Notes under the pieces: generated by a model
Told to the model about the DNA's origin: nothing
Seen by the model: only the letters and a program-made list of their open reading frames with translations
Databases searched by the model: none
DNA from: Candidatus Staskawiczbacteria bacterium
GTDB taxonomy: Bacteria > Patescibacteriota > Minisyncoccia > Minisyncoccales > Staskawiczbacteraceae
Reading direction: 5' to 3'
Assembly: GCA_041661545.1 (NCBI GenBank)
Contig: JBAZUH010000001.1
Span: 211,877 to 275,876 of the forward strand
DNA length: 64,000 nucleotides
In this document: in pieces, positions 29,767-36,067 of the stretch
How the letters are laid out: every line of letters starts with the position of its first letter
Numbering within the stretch: the first letter of the stretch is position 1
Position numbers and translations under genes: made by a program

Positions 29767-30069
29767 TTAATTTTGTGCTTGTTCTTGGTGAATTTTCATT
29801 TTTGCAATTTTTCCATCAAGGCGGGCCATCATTCTGGCAGGAAACTCTTTATCTTCCCAATACTCAGCTTCTAATGCTTGCAACATTTGAGCTCTAAAAT
29901 CTTCAATTGTTGCAAATGTCTCTCCACGAAATTTTTGCGAAATGCTGTCCCAATTTGTTGTATCTACAACGCTTTTCATGTTGTATATAGAAGCATCTAA
30001 ATCATAAAGAGCTTCGGGAGCTCCCGACAAATCTTTTTCTCTTGGTCCTCTTGGTTCTCCTTTTGGCAT
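29767..30069 (-). CDS. hypothetical acidic protein (cassette 6)
   Basis: 100-aa ORF with moderately elevated GC. Confidence 0.5.
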   Translation of the reverse strand: MPKGEPRGPREKDLSGAPEALYDLDASIYNMKSVVDTTNWDSISQKFRGETFATIEDFRAQMLQALEAEYWEDKEFPARMMARLDGKIAKMKIHQEQAQN

Positions 30070-30151
30070 GTTTTTAAAAAATTTAATATTATTTACTTAA
30101 ATTTACTCCTTTACGGCGGTGAAATCAAGTCGATGAAAAAAGATTATAAAC

Positions 30152-30186
30152 AAAAAGGGGCGGGTGCAATGCGCCCGCCCCTTTTT
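30152..30186. terminator. bidirectional intrinsic terminator
   Basis: ggggcggg...cccgcccc stem flanked by A5 and T5 runs. Confidence 0.65.
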
Positions 30187-30231
30187 GTGATTTGATAGAT
30201 TTTATTGTTGATTGTGTTGTTGTGGTGGTTT

Positions 30232-30525
30232 TTAAACAAAAGATATATTTAGATCTAAGCCTAAAGCATTCGCAATTTTTTCGAGTGTATCCATAGAAAA
30301 ATTTTGCTGACCCGACTCCATTCTGGCAATATTGCTTTGCTTTGTACCTATTTTCTTTGCCAATTGTGCCTGTGACATGCCCTTTCTTTTTCTTAGTTGC
30401 AAAATTTGATAAGCAACTTCAAGTTGCCTGCCATATTCATCAAAACGCTTCTTAAACTCGGGGTTTTTTAACTCTTTTTTTAGTAAATCATCAAAGTCAA
30501 CTGCTTTGTATATTTTTTTATTCAT
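30232..30525 (-). CDS. XRE-family HTH protein (HigA-type antitoxin-like)
   Basis: 97-aa ORF. MSQAQLAKKIGTKQSNIARMESG is the HTH motif. Confidence 0.75.
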   Translation of the reverse strand: MNKKIYKAVDFDDLLKKELKNPEFKKRFDEYGRQLEVAYQILQLRKRKGMSQAQLAKKIGTKQSNIARMESGQQNFSMDTLEKIANALGLDLNISFV

Positions 30526-30622
30526 ATATTTTAGGATTATTTAATACATCTTCGACGGGGCTTTCACCATTTCTTGAATTCTTATAAAGTTTTACTTTGT
30601 ACTCTATATTTAAGTATATCAT
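30518..30622 (-). pseudogene. truncated HigB/Gp49-like toxin remnant (34 codons)
   Basis: Hand translation gives MIYLNIEYKVKLYKNSRNGESPVEDVLNNPKIYE*. The YxVxxYxxxxGxSPVxDxL pattern matches the N-terminus of Gp49/HigB-type toxins. The stop overlaps the antitoxin start. Confidence 0.5.
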
Positions 30623-30724
30623 ATATGATATTATTATGTCAATAGCTAACTATTTCAATCAACTATTATATTAATTTTAAGCCTAAAAGAAATGGCTTTC
30701 AAGCCCTTGGATTAAATTTAATCA

Positions 30725-30762
30725 AAAACCCTCAGGTTGCCCGTGGGCAACCTGAGGGTTTT
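30725..30762. terminator. bidirectional terminator hairpin sharing termini with the 24557-type repeats
   Basis: ccctcaggttgccc-gt-gggcaacctgaggg flanked by A and T runs. Confidence 0.7.
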
Positions 30763-30796
30763 TATAATTACTAGATTTTTTTGTAATTGCTAGGTT

Positions 30797-31573
30797 TTAT
30801 TGTTGATTGGGTTGTTGTGGTGATTTTTTGTCGCCAAAGCCTTCAAAGGCTCGTAAAACTTCTAATGGAACCGCAAACACAATTGTGTTTGATTGGTCTG
30901 AGCTTATATCGTTAATAGATTGCAAAGTTCTCAAATGCAAGGCACCTTTTGACCCGCCCAAAATATTTGCTGCTTTTGCCATGTTGTCGGCGGAAACAAC
31001 TTCTCCCTCGGCTTTTATAATCATTGCTCTTTTTTCTCTTTCGGCCTCGGCTTGTTTTCCAATTACCCTTTTCATTTCTTCTGGCAAAACAATATCTTTT
31101 AATTCTACATTTTGAACTTTAATTCCCCATGGATCCGAAGCTTCATCTACAATGGTTCTAATGCTTTCTGAAACTTTGTCTCTTTGGCTTAACAAAGTGT
31201 CTAAATCAACTTGCCCCACGGCGTTTCGCATTGTTGTTTGAGCCAACTGCGAAATTGCATAATAAAAATTTTCTACTTCTAAAAGTGCCTTTGAGGCATC
31301 TTGAACTTTATAATAAATAACTGCGTTTACCCCAACAGATATGTTGTCTTTGGTAATTGCCTCTTGATTAGGCACATCAACTGCTTTTACTCTTAAATCT
31401 ATTTTTTTGAATGATTGAAAAACAGGCCAAACCAATCTCCAGCCTGGCTCCATCATGCCTATATATTTTCCTAAACCAAACTTAACTCCTTTTTCGTATT
31501 GATTAACTTGTTTTATAGAACCCAAGATAATCATAATTACTACAAACACTATTGGATAAATAAATTCTGTCAT
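30797..31573 (-). CDS. SPFH/band-7 (stomatin-prohibitin-like) membrane protein
   Basis: 258-aa ORF with an N-terminal TM helix and an SPFH core, including AEAEREKRAMIIKAEGE. Confidence 0.85.
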   Translation of the reverse strand: MTEFIYPIVFVVIMIILGSIKQVNQYEKGVKFGLGKYIGMMEPGWRLVWPVFQSFKKIDLRVKAVDVPNQEAITKDNISVGVNAVIYYKVQDASKALLEVENFYYAISQLAQTTMRNAVGQVDLDTLLSQRDKVSESIRTIVDEASDPWGIKVQNVELKDIVLPEEMKRVIGKQAEAEREKRAMIIKAEGEVVSADNMAKAANILGGSKGALHLRTLQSINDISSDQSNTIVFAVPLEVLRAFEGFGDKKSPQQPNQQ

Positions 31574-31647
31574 ATTATTATATGTTAATTATATTATATA
31601 TTTTTACTCTACGCCTAAAAATTAAATTTGGCAAGTAATGTCTATTT

Positions 31648-31700
31648 ATCCCTCAAAAATGGTAGCACTTTTCGTGTCGAAAAGCGCTATTTTTGGGGAT
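31648..31700 (+). repeat. E element copy 1 (53 nt)
   Basis: atccctcaaaaatggtagcacttttcgtgtcgaaaagcgctatttttggggat, 8 nt from terminator D1. Confidence 0.8.
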
Positions 31701-31708
31701 TTTCGTTT

Positions 31709-31746
31709 AAAAAAAGAGCCCAAGGTTGCAGGTGCAACAAGGGGCA
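31709..31746 (-). terminator. terminator D1 (38-bp unit identical to D2)
   Basis: The minus strand reads tgccccttgttgcacctgcaaccttgggctcttttttt, starting 8 nt after the rSAM stop. Confidence 0.75.
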
Positions 31747-31754
31747 CAGAAATA

Positions 31755-33128
31755 TTATATTTGTTTATAAACGTCCCAAATTAACCAATTAAGCACTCCC
31801 AGCGAGTGTTTGCAAAACTTATCGTCAATAGCCCAAATTGTTCCATGCTTAAGAAATGCACTGTAGGCACACCCCCCTCCGCATAAACCAAGTGATGGAC
31901 AATTGAAGCATTGAGGCATTGTAAGCGGGGACCGCCTGCCCCATTCTTGAATTAGAAGATGGTCTGAAAAAATAAAATCTTTAGAAACTTTTCCAAAAAA
32001 GGAATTGCCGCAGCCTACTCCTTCGTGGCAAATGCCCAAAGACCCGTTTGGCGAGATAGCAAGTTGTGCGCCAGTAGCACGACAATCAAAAGGGTGAAGA
32101 ACGCCCTTGCCAATTGCTCTAACTTTGCGCATTATTCTATCTTCGTATAGTCCAATTTCTCGTGCTTTTTCAAAATATTCTAACATTCGCGTTGTAGCAT
32201 GTTCGGTGTAAGAAGCATCAACCATGCGCTCTGCGGTATCTAGCATTAAGTTAAAGTTAACCGTCTGAAATTGATATTGCTGGTGCAAAGTAAGCAGTTC
32301 GTCTAGCTTATCAACGTTGTGCTCGTCAATTGTTGCCGAGATGTTGATGTCTTTACGACCCGCACAATGCAAAAGCTCAATTCCTCTAGTTATGTCGCAG
32401 AAAGTTCCCTTTCCGCCACAATAAACCCTTTTCTGATCGTTAGTTTCTTGAAGTCCATCAAGCGAAACGCAGATTGTGATTTCTGGATGTTGCGCTAAAT
32501 AGCCAGCAATTTCTTCTGTGATCTTTGTTCCGTTGGTAATAAGCAATAAACCGATTTTGAACTCGGCCAGCTCCTTGCCATAATTGTCGTGGATGTATCC
32601 GACGATTTGTTTTATTAACGGGAAAGCAAGCAAGGGCTCACCACCGTAAAAAACGATCGTCTTGTGAAACTTTGTTGGCTTGATATTGGCGAAATACATG
32701 TCAACAGCCTCTTTTGCTATATCCCAGGTCATCGCCTTACTGCCTTTGCATTGTTCTGGCATGTTGCCGTTTATCATGCAATAATGGCACGCCAGATTAC
32801 ACATATCCGTAAGTAGTATAAAAATTGTCTCAAGCGTTGGCTGATAAACATACGTTTTTTGTTTTTCACGCAAAACGCAGTCATCGTCATATTCAACAGG
32901 TACAACCAATTGTTGCTCAATTAATTCAGCAACGATATCATCGACATCATCACCAAACTGACGTAAGTGTTCAAGTGTTGTACCTAATCGCAACTCATTT
33001 AGCAAATCAGCATAGCGCTCCTCTAAAAATAGAAGCGACAAACATAGCGAGTGAAAAACTGCATACGCACCATTTTTTTGTATTACGTGCGTCCATTTAG
33101 ATAATCGAATTGCCTTGTTATCATTCAT
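31755..33128 (-). CDS. radical SAM/SPASM peptide maturase with an N-terminal RRE (PqqD-like) domain
   Basis: 457-aa ORF with the CNLACHYC (CxxxCxxC) cluster and a C-terminal SPASM Cys pattern (CFNCPSLGLCGGGCAYS...CKH). The N-terminal 90 aa or so look like a peptide-recognition element. Confidence 0.8.
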   Translation of the reverse strand: MNDNKAIRLSKWTHVIQKNGAYAVFHSLCLSLLFLEERYADLLNELRLGTTLEHLRQFGDDVDDIVAELIEQQLVVPVEYDDDCVLREKQKTYVYQPTLETIFILLTDMCNLACHYCMINGNMPEQCKGSKAMTWDIAKEAVDMYFANIKPTKFHKTIVFYGGEPLLAFPLIKQIVGYIHDNYGKELAEFKIGLLLITNGTKITEEIAGYLAQHPEITICVSLDGLQETNDQKRVYCGGKGTFCDITRGIELLHCAGRKDINISATIDEHNVDKLDELLTLHQQYQFQTVNFNLMLDTAERMVDASYTEHATTRMLEYFEKAREIGLYEDRIMRKVRAIGKGVLHPFDCRATGAQLAISPNGSLGICHEGVGCGNSFFGKVSKDFIFSDHLLIQEWGRRSPLTMPQCFNCPSLGLCGGGCAYSAFLKHGTIWAIDDKFCKHSLGVLNWLIWDVYKQI

Positions 33129-33174
33129 GATTCTATTTCTTTCTTGGTTGAGGTTTAAGACAGCTAATAAATTG

Positions 33175-33211
33175 GTGGGGTGGCGCTATCCATTGGACCG
33201 CGCCACCCCAC
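33175..33211 (-). terminator. 12-bp GC hairpin between precursor and maturase (putative attenuator)
   Basis: gtggggtggcgc/gcgccaccccac stem 20 nt after the precursor stop, followed by only a weak U-tract. Confidence 0.5.
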
Positions 33212-33231
33212 GAAGAAAGTCGTGCGACCGA

Positions 33232-33333
33232 TTAGTGGCACGAACACCCGCAGGCGCAATTCTGCGCCAACAGCACCGAGGTGCTGATGTTTCCGGCAAC
33301 ACGATCCAAGTGATGTTTAGTTACCTTCTTCAT
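33232..33333 (-). CDS. 33-aa Cys-rich RiPP precursor candidate (not in ORF track)
   Basis: Hand translation gives MKKVTKHHLDRVAGNISTSVLLAQNCACGCSCH*. A GAAAGGAG Shine-Dalgarno lies 5 nt upstream of the ATG, and the ORF sits directly upstream of the rSAM gene. Confidence 0.65.
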   Translation of the reverse strand: MKKVTKHHLDRVAGNISTSVLLAQNCACGCSCH

Positions 33334-33466
33334 CGCTACTCCTTTCTAACCTATTGTCTTTTGTTGGTTTTTTGACTGAGAATCCGCGCGGACACTCAAT
33401 TAACAACATGATCCAAAAACTAACTTGGACAACTAGGATTTTGCATTGATTTCAAAGAGCAATTTA

Positions 33467-33494
33467 ATCTTAGCACTATATTTTATTCTGTCAA
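33467..33494 (-). promoter_or_regulatory. promoter of the precursor-maturase module
   Basis: Minus strand TTGACA, 16 nt, TAAGAT. Confidence 0.45.
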
Positions 33495-33509
33495 TTTTAT
33501 TTTAATTAC

Positions 33510-33547
33510 AAAAAAAGAGCCCAAGGTTGCAGGTGCAACAAGGGGCA
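33510..33547 (-). terminator. terminator D2 (identical to D1)
   Basis: Same 38-bp sequence as 31709-31746, starting 8 nt after the stop of the small TM gene. Confidence 0.75.
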
Positions 33548-33555
33548 TGATGGAA

Positions 33556-33738
33556 CTAGCTGTCCTTACTGCCGTTATTGGGCAACGGTTTAAGAACAAA
33601 AAAATACAAAACAATCGTAGCAACTAATGCTGTTAAGATATAGACGTCGTAGGACTGCACGGTCCAATTTTCAAGGCCCATTAGCTCGCCTAAATATATG
33701 CAAATTCCCAAAAAGACTACTGCAAGGAGCGTTCTCAT
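33556..33738 (-). CDS. small two-TM membrane protein
   Basis: Start taken at MRTLLAVVFLG (60 aa). The upstream part of the tracked ORF overlaps the preceding gene. Confidence 0.45.
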   Translation of the reverse strand: MRTLLAVVFLGICIYLGELMGLENWTVQSYDVYILTALVATIVLYFFVLKPLPNNGSKDS

Positions 33739-33757
33739 ATTTTTTTGCTTTCTTTTC

Positions 33758-34027
33758 TTATCTCTCAGGCGAAACCACAACAGCAACTTCATTATTACTA
33801 TCAGTAACCATATCCGCCCACCGCGCTGGTCTCCCATCGATGGTATATGAATATGCAAAGGTTCTGAACCGGTGACCATCATGAATGCTAGTTGTGACAA
33901 TGTCGCTGATGGTCATCCAACCATTTAACTCAACTTCTAAGGTAGCACCAGGAATGACTAGTTTAATCTTCTTTATGGCAACAGCCACCTCATCATTCTC
34001 GGGAGCAACATCTCGATTTTCTTTCAT
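33758..34027 (-). CDS. small beta-grasp-like (ThiS/MoaD-like pattern, no terminal GG) protein, paralog 2
   Basis: 89-aa ORF. The C-terminus YTIDGRPARWADMVTDSNNEVAVVVSPER is paralogous to that of the upstream ORF. Confidence 0.5.
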   Translation of the reverse strand: MKENRDVAPENDEVAVAIKKIKLVIPGATLEVELNGWMTISDIVTTSIHDGHRFRTFAYSYTIDGRPARWADMVTDSNNEVAVVVSPER

Positions 34028-34048
34028 GATTTTTTTCTATACTACAGT

Positions 34049-34258
34049 TTATTCCGAGGGAAGGAGGGTGACGACTACCTGGTCATTATCGAAAGTAACC
34101 TCCGTTTCCATATCGGCCCTTCTGCCGTCTATGGTCAATTCACAACGGTCGGCGATTTCTTCCAGGTGAGCTACCTTGATTATCGATCCAGCCCTTACAA
34201 TGCCATATATGGTTACTGGCGTTGTACCTCTCGGCGACACAACTTGAATTTGTTTCAT
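34049..34258 (-). CDS. small beta-grasp-like protein, paralog 1
   Basis: Start taken at MKQIQVVSPRG (69 aa). The C-terminus is LTIDGRRADMETEVTFDNDQVVVTLLPSE. An AAAGGA motif lies 7 nt upstream of the start. Confidence 0.5.
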   Translation of the reverse strand: MKQIQVVSPRGTTPVTIYGIVRAGSIIKVAHLEEIADRCELTIDGRRADMETEVTFDNDQVVVTLLPSE

Positions 34259-34373
34259 GGTTTTGTCCTTTCGTAAATTGGGAAAGAGCAAGTGGCTACT
34301 TATCTTTAGTATATCCTACCACAATTTATTATTTTGTAAATAAAAGCACCCGTTTACTGAGTGCTTTTATTTT

Positions 34374-34784
34374 TTATTTTATAATTATTTGACTGCAATG
34401 GGCGCAACGTTTGGCATCTACGGGCACATCAGATAAACATTCGGGGCATTTTTGGTGAGTTGGTTTTTGACCTTTTTTAACTGTTTTTTCCATAAAAGCA
34501 TTCATTGGTAAAATTACGCAAAAATAAATTGCAGCTGCAACTAACAAAAATGATATTAAAGCATTAATAAATTCTCCATATAAAAATTTGCTACCGTTTA
34601 TGGTAAAAAATAATCCTGAAAAATCTGGCACTTTTGCAACAGCTCCAATAAATGGAGTTAGTAAGCCTTTTACCAAAGTGGTTACAACTGTTCCAAAAGA
34701 AGCTCCAATAACCACACCAACTGCTAAATCAACGGCATTGCCTCTTAATACAAAATTTTTAAAACCTTCAATAAATTTTGGCAT
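34374..34784 (-). CDS. mscL: large-conductance mechanosensitive channel with a C-terminal zinc-ribbon extension
   Basis: 136-aa ORF. FKNFVLRGNAVDLAVGVVIG is the MscL signature. The tail CPECLSDVPVDAKRCAHC is a 4-Cys ribbon. Confidence 0.85.
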   Translation of the reverse strand: MPKFIEGFKNFVLRGNAVDLAVGVVIGASFGTVVTTLVKGLLTPFIGAVAKVPDFSGLFFTINGSKFLYGEFINALISFLLVAAAIYFCVILPMNAFMEKTVKKGQKPTHQKCPECLSDVPVDAKRCAHCSQIIIK

Positions 34785-34807
34785 AAATTTTTATTAAATT
34801 TATTAAG

Positions 34808-34881
34808 TGGTGGACCCGGGGAGAATCGAACTCCCAGCTTCTCGTTGCAAACGAGATGTGTTGCCACTATACCACGGGCCC
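34808..34881 (-). tRNA. tRNA-Ala (UGC), CCA encoded
   Basis: GGGCCCG acceptor stem with G3:U70, anticodon loop TTTGCAA and T-loop TTCGATT. Confidence 0.9.
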
Positions 34882-34888
34882 TAAATTT

Positions 34889-35341
34889 TTATTTTACCTC
34901 TAAAATTTTAACTTTTACCATTTTACTTCCTGCTTGAAAGCTAAATTCATCACCAGCTTTTTTGCCCATTAATTGCTGACCCAATGGTGATGCATAAGAA
35001 ATTTTATTTTCTAAAATATCTGATTCACTTGGCGCTACTACTTGATAAGCTACTTTTTCTCCTGCAAATAAAATTACTATTTTTGAACCTGTTTGAATTT
35101 CTCCGGTGCTATCTTTTTCTTTTACTACAGCTTCATTTATTGCGCCTTCTAGTTGTTCTACTCTTCCAAGTATAAAAGACATTTTGTCGCGCGCATCATG
35201 ATAACCAGCATTTTCTTTTAAATCACCAAAGGCCCTAGCTTCGGCAATAAGTTTGCGAGTTTCAGGAATAGCAACATCTTTCAATTCTTTTAATTCATCT
35301 TTAAGTTGTTGCAACCCTTCTTTTGTAAAATACTGTACCAT
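34889..35341 (-). CDS. greA: transcription elongation factor GreA
   Basis: 150-aa ORF with an N-terminal coiled coil carrying the acidic tip (GDLKENAGYHDAR) and a C-terminal FKBP-like domain. Confidence 0.9.
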   Translation of the reverse strand: MVQYFTKEGLQQLKDELKELKDVAIPETRKLIAEARAFGDLKENAGYHDARDKMSFILGRVEQLEGAINEAVVKEKDSTGEIQTGSKIVILFAGEKVAYQVVAPSESDILENKISYASPLGQQLMGKKAGDEFSFQAGSKMVKVKILEVK

Positions 35342-35484
35342 AATAATTTTAAATTTTCAATAAATTAGTACGTTTAATATACTATACTTTTTTGTTTTTT
35401 TCAAGTTTAATGTCTCCCTTCGGGAGATCTGCCGTAGGCAAACAAAAAAAAGTCGCTAAATGCGACATGGGGATAAAGGTTTGA

Positions 35485-35555
35485 AGCGCCTAATTGGATT
35501 TGAACCAATGACATACGCTACGCAGAGCGATGCTCTACCACTGAGCTACAGGCGC
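35485..35555 (-). tRNA. tRNA with an atypical anticodon arm (isotype unresolved; reads GCG/Arg under the C32-U33 rule)
   Basis: Acceptor, D and T arms are good (GCGCCTG...TAGGCGC, GCTCAGTGGTAGAGC, ATTGGTTCAAATCCAAT). By hand the anticodon stem TCGCT/AGCGT encloses only 6 nt (CTGCGT). Confidence 0.55.
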
Positions 35556-35589
35556 ACTTGGAAATGAACAAACAGAAAAAGATATGGAA

Positions 35590-35661
35590 ATCCCCGTGCA
35601 GGATTTGAACCTGCAACCTACAGATTAAGACTCTGTCGCTCTGCCATTGAGCTAGCGGGGA
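35590..35661 (-). tRNA. tRNA-Lys (CUU)
   Basis: Anticodon stem ACAGA/TCTGT with loop GTCTTAA, and T-arm GCAGGTTCAAATCCTGC. Position 1:72 is U:A. Confidence 0.75.
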
Positions 35662-35703
35662 ATTTTCCAAAATGGTTGGTACCACCTAGTAAAACGACAA
35701 ACG

Positions 35704-35750
35704 CCGCCTAAAAAATTATTTCTAAATTATAAAAATAATTTTTTAGGCGG
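35704..35750 (-). terminator. long AT-rich perfect hairpin downstream of the 16S processing stem
   Basis: ccgcctaaaaaattattt...aaataattttttaggcgg. Confidence 0.4.
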
Positions 35751-36067
35751 TTGTTTGTAATAAGTAAAATTAGTGCTTTAAAGTTGTTTCGAATAAGAAG
35801 AATTTCTAGCGACTCTTCTCAAAACGCTTTTAGTTGAAAATCAGTGCGATTCGACATGCTCATCGAACTGAGCCAATCGAACCGTGCTGATAATTCTAAA
35901 GTCGACTACCTAAATACTATTCTTGCGAATAATATTTTTAAAAAAATGATCCACGACCAGCTTCCGCTAGCCGTGCCTTGTTACGACTTAGCCCCTCTTA
36001 CTGAATCTAGCTTAGGCCCTCTTGCGAGGAACTTCGGCTATCCCCAGCTCGCTTGGCTTGACGGGCG

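Noticed and set aside
33115-33375. Plus-strand ORF 33115..33375 (86 aa) overlapping the precursor region
   Set aside because: It is antisense to the SD-preceded 33-aa precursor ORF and spans the attenuator hairpin. It has no start context, and the composition favours the minus strand.
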